This document shows positions 30,618-39,363 of a stretch of DNA of 59,088 bases, one piece after another. How positions within the stretch are numbered: the first letter of the stretch is position 1; each line of letters opens with the position of its first letter. The DNA comes from Fibrobacterales bacterium (GTDB lineage Bacteria > Fibrobacterota > Fibrobacteria > Fibrobacterales > JAOPTW01). The stretch lies in NCBI GenBank assembly GCA_051532035.1, contig JAOPTW010000020.1, forward strand, positions 1 to 59,088, given 5' to 3'. The translations under genes and the position numbers were made by a program. The notes under the pieces are model-generated. The model made no database searches. It saw only the letters and a list, made by a program, of their open reading frames with translations, and was not told the DNA's origin.

Positions 30618-33093
30618 TTGTGCAGTCATCAAAATTGATGATGAGCAGTGTGTTAATTGCCATCAATGCATTCAGTCCTGTCCGGTAAAATTTTGTAACG
30701 ATGGAAGCGGTGATCACATCGCTATAAATAACGATCTCTGTATTCAGTGCGGAAGCTGCCTTAAGGTATGTACTCATAGCGCACGTATTGCGGTGGATGA
30801 CTGTGAATCGGCTATGGAAGCACTTGCAGCGGGTAAAAAAATGGTAGCTATCGTAGCGCCTGCTGCTGCAGCCTGTTTTGGTGATGAACACTTGCGTTTG
30901 AATGGTTGGCTTACAGCAAAGGGTATCGATGCGGTATTCGATGTTAGTTTTGGGGCCGAGCTTACGGTGAAAAGTAATCTGGAGCATCTTAAAAAAAGTG
31001 GTCAGAAATGTATGATTTCCCAGGCATGCCCGACGCTGGTTAATTACGTGCAGTTATACAGGCCAGAATTGATTCCATATCTTGCGCCGGCAGACAGCCC
31101 CATGGTGCATACAGTAAAAATGATTAGAGAGTTTTATCCGCAGTTTGAGGAACATGGTATTTTTATTGTGTCCCCCTGCATTGCCAAAGGGCAGGAGTTT
31201 TTGGAGGCGGGAATTGAGGCGTATAATGTTACCCTTGTCTCGATTCTTCAGAATATAGAGCGGGAAGGTGTCGACCTAAAAAGCTTTGAAGAGAGAGAGT
31301 TTGATAACTGCTCGGCTGAACGGGCTGTAATGTTTTCTTCACCGGGGGGCTTGCTATACACGGCCATGCGGGATAATCCAGAAATTTATGATAAAGCGCG
31401 CGTAATTGAGGGAGATCGGGTATTCAGATATCTGGATCAGCTCTCTGGCACTATCGATAAAGGGAGCGCTCCGGTATTGGTAGACTGTTTAAATTGTGAG
31501 CTAGGGTGTAATGGGGGGACAGGAACTCTGGATTATGGAGACGGGCAGCAGGATGAACTTGAAGAACGGTTGATTCGCCGAAAGGAGAAGATGGTGGCCC
31601 GATATATGGCCGAGTCGGAAGGAGAAGAACAAAAAAAAGGAGAGAGTGCCCGAGAGGCAATACATAAATATTGGAAGGATGGGTTGTATACTCGGACTTA
31701 TAGGGATCGCAGTGCGGTATTGAATAATATTATTCATCCTAATCAGTCTGAAATTACTGAAATCTATCATGCGATGATGAAATTTTCAGAGGCTGATATA
31801 AAAAACTGTTCTTCATGCGGCTACAACTCCTGTGAAAGTATGGCTACGGCGGTTCATAACAAACTGAATCGTCCGGATAACTGTCATTTTTACCTTCAGA
31901 AAAAAGCGGCGAATGATATTCTCGATAGTGTTGATGCCGGAGTCATGCTGATAGACCCCTATACTCATGCTATTGTACAGGCGAATACTACAGCGCTCAG
32001 GATGATGGGGCGTGGTTGGAGTGAGGTAAAAGGGCATGAGTGTCATAATTTTCTCTGTCCGACACAACGGGGAAACTGTCCGGTTGTAACCAAAGAGAAA
32101 GCGTTTGAAAGAAAAGAGCGAGTTATGCTCACGGCGGATGGGGAAAAGGTGCCGATTATCAAATCGGTCCGATGGATCACTATTGATGGTAAGGATCTGC
32201 TGCTGGAGTCATTTATTGATATTACCGAGAGGAAATTTGCCGAGAATGAATTAGTTGCCAAAAAAGAGAAGCTGGAAGCGAGTGAATTAAAACTGAAGGA
32301 TTCACTGGAGAAACTGCAGTCTGCTCAGAAAATGCTTATACAGTCTGAGAAAATGGCTTCATTGGGTGAACTGGTCGCGGGAGTGGCTCATGAAATTAAT
32401 ACTCCAGTGGGAATGGCGTTGACCGGAGTCAGTCATGTACATGCGGAAACAGAAAAAATCAGAGATGAGTACCAGAGCGATAGCATGACAGAAGAACGGT
32501 TCATTTCGTATCTTGAAAACTCATCGGTGCTTAATGAATCAGTGGTAATAAATCTTAAAAAAGCGGCTGAACTCGTTCAGAGCTTTAAGCAGGTTGCAGT
32601 GGATCAGAGTAATGAGCTGCCCCGCGTTTTTGGCTTAAAGCAGCTGGTGAAAGAAGTAATTATCAGTTTGCAGAGCGAACTGAAAAAAACGACATTGAAT
32701 ATTGAAATCAAGATAGCGGATACTCTTAATATTTCTTCTGTTCCGGGCGCATTCTCACAAATTCTGACTAATCTTATAATAAACTCCCTCAATCATGGCT
32801 TCGAAGGGCAGGCCGACGGAACAATAAATATCGCTGCAGACCTCAGCGATGGGGAATTGCAGATTACGTATCAGGATGATGGCAAGGGAATGGATGAGGT
32901 CACTCAGGAAAAAGTTTTTGACCCCTTTTATACAACCAAACGGAATGCCGGGGGGACGGGGCTTGGAATGAATATTGTATTTAATCTCGTTTCCGCAAAG
33001 TTGAATGGAACCATTCGTTGTGAAAGTGAGCTAGGGAGTGGTGTGCTGTTCCATATTACTGTTCCAGTAAGTGTCGATAAAAAACAGGGGTAG
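30610..33093 (+). CDS. Sensory [FeFe]-hydrogenase-like (group C) PAS histidine kinase
   Basis: 2x[4Fe-4S] motifs are CVNCHQCIQSCP and CIQCGSCLKVC. H-domain-like motifs are SQACP, SPCIAKGQE and DCLNCELGCNGG, followed by CSSCGYNSC...C and a PAS domain. The kinase has H-box AHEINTP, DDGKG and GGTGLG. Confidence 0.88.
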   Translation: MDSCAVIKIDDEQCVNCHQCIQSCPVKFCNDGSGDHIAINNDLCIQCGSCLKVCTHSARIAVDDCESAMEALAAGKKMVAIVAPAAAACFGDEHLRLNGWLTAKGIDAVFDVSFGAELTVKSNLEHLKKSGQKCMISQACPTLVNYVQLYRPELIPYLAPADSPMVHTVKMIREFYPQFEEHGIFIVSPCIAKGQEFLEAGIEAYNVTLVSILQNIEREGVDLKSFEEREFDNCSAERAVMFSSPGGLLYTAMRDNPEIYDKARVIEGDRVFRYLDQLSGTIDKGSAPVLVDCLNCELGCNGGTGTLDYGDGQQDELEERLIRRKEKMVARYMAESEGEEQKKGESAREAIHKYWKDGLYTRTYRDRSAVLNNIIHPNQSEITEIYHAMMKFSEADIKNCSSCGYNSCESMATAVHNKLNRPDNCHFYLQKKAANDILDSVDAGVMLIDPYTHAIVQANTTALRMMGRGWSEVKGHECHNFLCPTQRGNCPVVTKEKAFERKERVMLTADGEKVPIIKSVRWITIDGKDLLLESFIDITERKFAENELVAKKEKLEASELKLKDSLEKLQSAQKMLIQSEKMASLGELVAGVAHEINTPVGMALTGVSHVHAETEKIRDEYQSDSMTEERFISYLENSSVLNESVVINLKKAAELVQSFKQVAVDQSNELPRVFGLKQLVKEVIISLQSELKKTTLNIEIKIADTLNISSVPGAFSQILTNLIINSLNHGFEGQADGTINIAADLSDGELQITYQDDGKGMDEVTQEKVFDPFYTTKRNAGGTGLGMNIVFNLVSAKLNGTIRCESELGSGVLFHITVPVSVDKKQG

Positions 33094-33115
33094 GAGAGGT
33101 GTCGGGAAGCTGATG

Positions 33116-33199
33116 TACTTTGTTTTTCAAGGCACGCTTATGTATTATGTAGTGTTTAAATTGGTCCCGTGGATGTTCAACTGCCCTCAGCCCCTATAA
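33116..33199 (+). repeat. 84-bp direct repeat, copy 2 (displaced gene 3' end)
   Basis: Encodes the identical peptide YFVFQGTLMYYVVFKLVPWMFNCPQPL*. All 8 differences are synonymous. Confidence 0.95.
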
Positions 33200-33207
33200 C
33201 TCATTAA

Positions 33208-33687
33208 TTATTTGAAATAGGCAGAATAAAGCGAAAGATGTAATTGAACTTCTTTCGCTTTTTCTTTTGCCCCTGATGTTGCAAGTGCATCTATTGCAGG
33301 CATTAGTTTCGTGAGGTAGGTGTGGAGCATGTCATGAGCGGGACCTTTCATAGTACACCCAGCAATTAGTTCTTTAATATATACTTGCTGTTCTAATCCA
33401 AGTGCTTTGAAAGTGCTTTCGTCAGACGCTTTTTTATAGCCATCATTGTAAGTGGTTTGCATTTTCTCTAAGACATTGCGCGTGTGTATATCCATTTCCC
33501 ATTTTTGATCATCATTGAGAGTGAGTCCAGATGTTTCATGATTGTGTGCTGTTTGTTCTGTTGTAGTGGAGTCTTTTGGACAAAATGCACCTTGTGATTT
33601 GCTATGGCAACGTCCACAGGTTACATAAAAGGCTACTCCTCCGATGATGATAGTGGCAAGAATTGCTCCAATAATTTTTTTCTTCAT
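33208..33687 (-). CDS. Membrane-anchored/secreted helical protein (DnrO-like)
   Basis: N-terminal hydrophobic segment and the pattern LNDDQKWEMD...GCTMKGPAHDMLH. The family call is tentative. Confidence 0.55.
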   Translation of the reverse strand: MKKKIIGAILATIIIGGVAFYVTCGRCHSKSQGAFCPKDSTTTEQTAHNHETSGLTLNDDQKWEMDIHTRNVLEKMQTTYNDGYKKASDESTFKALGLEQQVYIKELIAGCTMKGPAHDMLHTYLTKLMPAIDALATSGAKEKAKEVQLHLSLYSAYFK

Positions 33688-33783
33688 GATTTACTCCTAG
33701 TACTATGGTGTGTTGTATAAAAATACAAAGATAGCGTGGCTGCAATGCCTGTTTAGTAGATTGTATAAATAAAGTATAGATAT

Positions 33784-33824
33784 AAAAAAGCCGCTATCTT
33801 TTTAAGTTTTAAAATAGCGGCTTT
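33784..33824 (-). terminator. Intrinsic terminator
   Basis: aaaaaagccgctat...atagcggcttt, downstream of asd and the small ORF. Confidence 0.7.
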
Positions 33825-33846
33825 ATAAGATTGTTGTTTTAGGATA

Positions 33847-34023
33847 CTACAGCTTATCCTCTTGAATACTCTCTTTTACCTCACCAAACTTATTCAGAAG
33901 GTAAGACTCAACAAAACTCACTGTTTTATCAAGGCGTTTTTCCAGTTTATTGAACTGAAAAAATATCACCATAAAAAAGAGTGAGAATGCAAAAAGAAGT
34001 ATAACACTGATAAATATAAGCAC
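33847..34023 (-). CDS. 58-aa single-TM small protein coupled to asd
   Basis: The GTG start overlaps the asd TAG stop (TAGTG). Sequence: MLIFISVILLFAFSLFFMVIFFQFNKLEKRLDKTVSFVESYLLNKFGEVKESIQEDKL*. It ends just before the terminator. Confidence 0.65.
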   Translation of the reverse strand: MLIFISVILLFAFSLFFMVIFFQFNKLEKRLDKTVSFVESYLLNKFGEVKESIQEDKL

Positions 34024-35015
34024 TAGAGTTTCTCCGCAATTTGAATTGCATTGAGTGCTGCACCTTTACGCACTTGATCACCAACGATCCAAATGTCGTA
34101 AGTGTTTTCGAGAGAAACATCTTTACGAACGCGCCCAGCAAAGACAGGATCTTTATCGGTTACGTCGATAGGCATAGGCCAGCGATTCTCAGCACGGTTC
34201 TCAAATACTTCAACACCTTCAGCTTCATTGAGTACTGCATAAATTTCTTCTACCGTTACTGGTTTGTCAAACTGAACATTGAGTGCTTCAGAATGTGCTC
34301 TGAGTACTGGTACACGAACACTGGTACAGGTCACATTAAACGATTCATCGTTTAAAATCTTCTTAGACTCTTTAACCATTTTCCATTCTTCTTCACAGTA
34401 GCCATTCTCTTGCATAGGAGAATTATGAGGAAAAAGATTAAATGCGTACTGATGGGGAATTACTGAGCGTTCATACTCATTACCTTCGGCAAGTGCTTTT
34501 GCTTCGTCACGGAGTTCTTCCATGGCGATTGCACCAGCACCAGATGCTGATTGGTATGTTGTGGTTACACAGCGCTTGACACCAAATTTTCTATGGAGTG
34601 GTGCAAGAGCAACAAGCATAAGAATAGTGGTACAGTTTGGATTGGCAATAATGCCGTTATGGTCTGCAATCGCTTCGGGGTTTACTTCAGGTACTACGAG
34701 TGGAACCGTAGGATCCATGCGGTAAAATGAAGTATTGTCTACAACAACAGCACCGGCTTTAACTGCAGATGGGCAAAACTCTTTAGAGATTGAACCACCA
34801 GCAGATGAGAGTACAATATCGACACCTTCAAATGAGTCATGGGTGAGCTCTTCCATCGTGTATTCCGTACCCATGAAAGTGATCTTCTTTCCTGCACTGC
34901 GTTTACTTACGAGGAGTTTTAACGTCTTGAAGGGGAAGTTCCGTTCTTCAATTAGCTTTAGTAACTCTTGCCCAACTGCGCCACTGGCGCCCATGATAGC
35001 GATATTTTTACTCAC
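34023..35015 (-). CDS. asd: Aspartate-semialdehyde dehydrogenase
   Basis: Motifs GASGAVG, IANPNCTT, TYQSASGAG and RKGAALNAIQIAE. Confidence 0.96.
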   Translation of the reverse strand: MSKNIAIMGASGAVGQELLKLIEERNFPFKTLKLLVSKRSAGKKITFMGTEYTMEELTHDSFEGVDIVLSSAGGSISKEFCPSAVKAGAVVVDNTSFYRMDPTVPLVVPEVNPEAIADHNGIIANPNCTTILMLVALAPLHRKFGVKRCVTTTYQSASGAGAIAMEELRDEAKALAEGNEYERSVIPHQYAFNLFPHNSPMQENGYCEEEWKMVKESKKILNDESFNVTCTSVRVPVLRAHSEALNVQFDKPVTVEEIYAVLNEAEGVEVFENRAENRWPMPIDVTDKDPVFAGRVRKDVSLENTYDIWIVGDQVRKGAALNAIQIAEKL

Positions 35016-35040
35016 TGTATAACCTTTCTATTGTGTGTGA

Positions 35041-35421
35041 TTAGCTTATGTGGTTTTTGTAATCCTCTGCAGACATAAGCTCGTCAAGTTCTGCAGGGTC
35101 AGAAATTTTAATTTTAACAATCCAGCCATCTCCATAAGGAGCTGTGTTCATTGATTCAGCTTTATCAGCAAGTGCCTCATTTGCTTCAACAACGGTGCCG
35201 TTTACTGGGCAATAGATGTCTGCAACAGTTTTAACTGCTTCAATAGTGCCAATGCTGTCACCCTTACTTACTTCGTCATCCACTTCTGGCAACTCAACAA
35301 ATATAATGTCACCAAGTTCACTCTGTGCATGGTCTGTTACTCCGATAGTAACGACATCACCCTCAACGAGTATCCATTCGTGATCTTCGGAATATTTTAA
35401 TCCATCTCTAATTTCAGACAT
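35041..35421 (-). CDS. gcvH: Glycine cleavage system H protein
   Basis: Motifs YSEDHEW, AQSELGDI, lipoyl-Lys EAVKT and PYGDGW. Confidence 0.95.
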   Translation of the reverse strand: MSEIRDGLKYSEDHEWILVEGDVVTIGVTDHAQSELGDIIFVELPEVDDEVSKGDSIGTIEAVKTVADIYCPVNGTVVEANEALADKAESMNTAPYGDGWIVKIKISDPAELDELMSAEDYKNHIS

Positions 35422-35623
35422 TCTATCTCCTATAGTAAGGGAAAACCTTGAATTTGGTCAAAATATACTTAATTCACCTATTGTTTCGGTTTCTGAAAGG
35501 TTTCAAATACAAATTCGAGATAAAAAAACAAGTATTTCAGTTTTTTTTGTTTTTTTATTTGCTTTATTACAAAAATGTGTGGTAGTCTGAGTGTACATAA
35601 AAAATATTCAATGCGAGGTAAGT

Positions 35624-37084
35624 ATGAAAATGTTATGGAAAGCCGGAATTGTGGGGGCGCTGATACTCGGTGTGACTACAACCTGGGCGCAGGAGCAGAA
35701 GTTTAAGGTATATGGGTTTGCTGATCTTCAAATAAGTAAAATGATGTGGGAATCTAAGAATAATCCCCTTTTAGATTTAACTACATATAATGAAGATGTT
35801 AACATAGGTATTGAGCACCTAAATCTCTATTTTGATTTTGCGCCGAATGATAAAACACGTGCATTTGCCGAGTTTGGGTTTAGTCAAAATGTAAAAGGCT
35901 CTGTAATTGCTGAACCAGGGGCGACTCCTGCAATAATTAAAATGCCTGATGGTTCTCTCATGACGGCAGCAAGCGCTCCTTTTTATGTAGCAGCTGTTGC
36001 GCAGCAAGCAGCAGCAGCGGGTCAACCGCTCAGTGCACAAGATCAGGCAATACTTCAAGGGACATATGAGGCGCTTCTGGCTCAGAGTGAAGGTGCGGCA
36101 ACTACTGAACAAAAAAATGAATTTGAGATAGAACGTGTTTGGTTTGATATATTTGTTAATCCTCTTTTCAATGTACGTATTGGTAAATTTATTACTCCAG
36201 CAGGTCTTTGGAATGTCGATCATGGCTCTCCTGTTATTATTCCAGTAACACAGCCGTATCAGACTTCAGTAATTCCAGTATTTCCAGAAAAACAAACAGG
36301 TTTAATGGCATATGGTGGAACTTATGTAGGTGACCATGAAGTAAGTTATAATGCATGGGCAACTTCAGGAAGAGAAGAAAGTGGTACCTCGGATGTGCCA
36401 TATCTCGAAAATAATATTGAGAACGTAGGCCACTTGTCTTATGGTGGTCATGTAGCATTAAATACTGATGGGATTCTTGATCAGTTGAAATGGGGGGTGA
36501 GTGGACATTACGGACTTACTCGTAAAGAGGTTAAGACAAAACACTTCGAACTAGAAGCGGCAGATGTACTTACAATGTCAACTGCGGTTAATACTGCTAA
36601 TTATTTCTATGATCAAGAAGAAATTGAGCAGAGAAGAGAGATGATTATTGGAACCGATTTGAGTATCGAACATATGAATGTTCTTGTTAAGGGGGAGTTT
36701 AATTATCGTACTGATGAAAATGAAATTACTGGTAAATCAACCGATTATACTGGGTATTATGGGCTTTTGGGCTATAATATTTATCCAACTGATCAGATTA
36801 TGATAACCCCTTTCGCAATGTATGAAAGCCTTACTTGGAATGATCTTGAAAATACCCCTAACATGGCAATTATTTACGTTCCCTTTGGAGGCTTTAAAAC
36901 AATGAGGCTTGGCGCAAAAATAGGACTCTTTTATAATACCTTTTTAAAATTTGAATATACAATGACCGATATAGTCCCACGAGACCTTACCTTGTCACAA
37001 GGCGGTCAGACCATTGTTCGAAATTACGAAGATAAAGATATGGATGTATCAAGTTGGTCTGCACAATTTAGCATAGCATTTTAA
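35624..37084 (+). CDS. Putative outer-membrane beta-barrel (porin-like) protein
   Basis: Signal peptide, FKVYGFADL, VRIGKFITPAGLWN, alternating beta-strands and C-terminal AQFSIAF. Confidence 0.75.
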   Translation: MKMLWKAGIVGALILGVTTTWAQEQKFKVYGFADLQISKMMWESKNNPLLDLTTYNEDVNIGIEHLNLYFDFAPNDKTRAFAEFGFSQNVKGSVIAEPGATPAIIKMPDGSLMTAASAPFYVAAVAQQAAAAGQPLSAQDQAILQGTYEALLAQSEGAATTEQKNEFEIERVWFDIFVNPLFNVRIGKFITPAGLWNVDHGSPVIIPVTQPYQTSVIPVFPEKQTGLMAYGGTYVGDHEVSYNAWATSGREESGTSDVPYLENNIENVGHLSYGGHVALNTDGILDQLKWGVSGHYGLTRKEVKTKHFELEAADVLTMSTAVNTANYFYDQEEIEQRREMIIGTDLSIEHMNVLVKGEFNYRTDENEITGKSTDYTGYYGLLGYNIYPTDQIMITPFAMYESLTWNDLENTPNMAIIYVPFGGFKTMRLGAKIGLFYNTFLKFEYTMTDIVPRDLTLSQGGQTIVRNYEDKDMDVSSWSAQFSIAF

Positions 37085-37096
37085 GGGAGGTGAACA

Positions 37097-37519
37097 ATGA
37101 AAATGTCACTATTTAAAAAAACAATTGTATTGGTAAGTATTGCAAGTATTCTAATTTTTGCCGGAGATTATGTAGTAATAGTTAACCCTGGAAATGGATT
37201 GAGCTCAATCGATAAAGGTGAGCTTAAACGTATTTTTACTGGTAAATCCAAAGAGATTGACGGTAAAAAAGCTGTTCCTGTCAATATGAATTATGACACG
37301 CCAACTGCCGCAGAATTTTTGCCAGAAGTTATCGGTAAAGATGTCGGTAAATACAAAAAATTCTGGATAGACCAGATGATTAAAGGTAAAGGTACTGCCC
37401 CAATGATTAAAGCAAATGTAGCAGGAGTAAAAGCGATTGTATCGCAAATTCCTGGTGCGGTAGGGTATATACCTGTAGCTGATGTTGATGCTACAGTCAA
37501 GAAGATTGATGTAAATTAG
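37097..37519 (+). CDS. Small periplasmic binding-protein-like protein (single PBP-II lobe)
   Basis: Signal peptide plus VVIVNPGN...ELKRIFTG and VSQIPGAVGYI. Confidence 0.7.
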   Translation: MKMSLFKKTIVLVSIASILIFAGDYVVIVNPGNGLSSIDKGELKRIFTGKSKEIDGKKAVPVNMNYDTPTAAEFLPEVIGKDVGKYKKFWIDQMIKGKGTAPMIKANVAGVKAIVSQIPGAVGYIPVADVDATVKKIDVN

Positions 37520-37537
37520 TCTCTCGTTATAATTACC

Positions 37538-37567
37538 AGAAAACGCCCTCTTTTGAGGGCGTTTTCT
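37538..37567 (+). terminator. Intrinsic terminator
   Basis: agaaaacgccctc-tttt-gagggcgttttct. Confidence 0.75.
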
Positions 37568-37700
37568 GTTTAAATTGAGTATGTACTTATAAAAGAGTCT
37601 AGCCGGTAATTTTGAAAATGAAAGTTGATTTTTGAAATAAGTTGGCAAAATAAGTGAATTTGTGAGATAATCATTAAGAGAAGAAATAAGGGAACGTCCC

Positions 37701-39308
37701 ATGAAAAACATGTCTATTACCAAACGGTTTATTTTTATATCCATACCACTTGTGTCCATCATGGTGATTATAGCTGGTATTATTGTGGGAATGCAGTCTA
37801 AAGAACGTATTGAAACGACAAGTCAGAAACAGGAAGAGGCAATCAAAACAACACTCGAACAGAAGGGTGAGTTTCTCAAAAATTTTATATCTAAAGTGAC
37901 CCCCGATGCGATGCTATCCCAAGATCTCTATGTACTCAAGGTTTATGGTGAAGAGTTACTTAAAGACCCTGAGGTTGCAACGGTTGAGTATCTTGATGGG
38001 TCGGACAATGACCTTTTTAAATTGGGCAATGATGTACCTGAAATGAAAGTGTACACTGCTGATATTATTACTGATAAAGAGCGTCTCGGAATTGAGAAAA
38101 AAGTTGGGGTGATTAAAATTGGTATTGATAAATCTAAGCTGTCAAAGACAATAGCTCAAAATAAATTAATACTTGATGAGGCGTCATCGAATGTTCTCGT
38201 GTTTATGATTGGCTTTGTCGTTATTATGAATGTACTTATCGCACTTATTATTGTTATCACGCTTAAGAAGGTTGTGATTCAGCCTATCAATACCGTAACG
38301 AGTAAAATTAAAGATATTGCAGAGGGTGATGGTGACCTTAGGAGTCGTCTTAACTTTGATTCACTTAATGAAATTGGTATGATGGCAGGATATTTTGATA
38401 AATTTCTCGATAAGCTCCAATCCATTATTAAAGAGCTTGCTGAGACTGCAGAAAATGTGACTGGTGCATCAAAAGAGCAAGTGGATATCTCAGCAAAAAT
38501 TGCGATTAATAGTGAAAGTGTCGCCCAGCAATCAGGTACTGTAGCAACAAATGCAGAACAGGTGACTGCGCGTATTAATCTTGTATCCCAAAGTGCTGAA
38601 GGAGTGTCGTCGGCGGTAAATACTGTTGCGGCAGCCATTGGAGAAATGAGCTCCTCACTTACTGAGGTTGCTTCTAACTGTCAAAAAGAGTCCCAAATTG
38701 CAGGTGAGGCTAATAGGCAATCTAAATCGACACGTGAGATGATGAGCAAATTAGGCGTTGCTGCTCAAGAAATTGGTAAAGTAATAGAAGTGATCAATGA
38801 TATTGCAGAGCAAACAAACCTCCTTGCGCTCAATGCAACTATTGAAGCAGCGTCTGCAGGTGATGCAGGCAAAGGTTTTGCAGTAGTGGCCAGTGAAGTG
38901 AAAGCCCTTGCAAAACAAACTGCTGATGCGACAGGTGAGATTGGTAAACAGATCGAAAATATGCAATCAATCACCAATGATGCAGTGGTAGATATTGAAA
39001 AGATTAATCAGGTGATTGAAGAAGTAAATTCAATTTCACAAACCATTGTAGCTGCTGTTGAAGAGCAGTCTGCAACGGTAAGTGAGATTTCTTCTACCGT
39101 TGCTGATGCAGGGCAATCGTCAACCGAGATCGCTAATTCGGTGCAAGATGCTGCGAAGGGACTTGCAGAGGTTGCGACAAATATTAATGGCGTCAATGAA
39201 GGTATCACAGAGGCTTCCAATGGTATTGTCACGGTGAGCGAAGGGGCTACGATGCTTGAGCGTTTGGCTGGCGATATGAGTAAAATTGTTGGTCAGTTTA
39301 AAGTGTAA
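37701..39308 (+). CDS. Methyl-accepting chemotaxis protein
   Basis: Two TM segments, a periplasmic sensor and HAMP, with signature [34 protein letters not shown]. Confidence 0.95.
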   Translation: MKNMSITKRFIFISIPLVSIMVIIAGIIVGMQSKERIETTSQKQEEAIKTTLEQKGEFLKNFISKVTPDAMLSQDLYVLKVYGEELLKDPEVATVEYLDGSDNDLFKLGNDVPEMKVYTADIITDKERLGIEKKVGVIKIGIDKSKLSKTIAQNKLILDEASSNVLVFMIGFVVIMNVLIALIIVITLKKVVIQPINTVTSKIKDIAEGDGDLRSRLNFDSLNEIGMMAGYFDKFLDKLQSIIKELAETAENVTGASKEQVDISAKIAINSESVAQQSGTVATNAEQVTARINLVSQSAEGVSSAVNTVAAAIGEMSSSLTEVASNCQKESQIAGEANRQSKSTREMMSKLGVAAQEIGKVIEVINDIAEQTNLLALNATIEAASAGDAGKGFAVVASEVKALAKQTADATGEIGKQIENMQSITNDAVVDIEKINQVIEEVNSISQTIVAAVEEQSATVSEISSTVADAGQSSTEIANSVQDAAKGLAEVATNINGVNEGITEASNGIVTVSEGATMLERLAGDMSKIVGQFKV

Positions 39309-39363
39309 ACCGTAAACGGTATAGTATGGAATCATCAAGCTTTCTGTGCGACTATACAAGTAG

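Larger units (their letters stand above)
28927..33115. mobile_element. Putative acquired cassette (no integrase) bounded by duplicated gene 3' end
   Basis: It is flanked by the 84-bp direct repeats and contains only the RR/HK pair. Mobility is inferred. Confidence 0.5.

Noticed and set aside
30610..33093. Catalytic H2-evolving [FeFe]-hydrogenase
   Set aside because: The H-cluster motifs are of the divergent type and the protein is fused to PAS and a histidine kinase.
28927..33115. Autonomous ICE, prophage or transposon
   Set aside because: No integrase, transposase, relaxase or terminal inverted repeats were seen.
37097..37519. PstS phosphate-binding protein
   Set aside because: It is only about 140 aa and there is no pstCAB nearby.
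37205..37762. 185-aa minus-strand ORF
   Set aside because: It is antisense to two well-supported genes, crosses a terminator and has no recognisable motifs.
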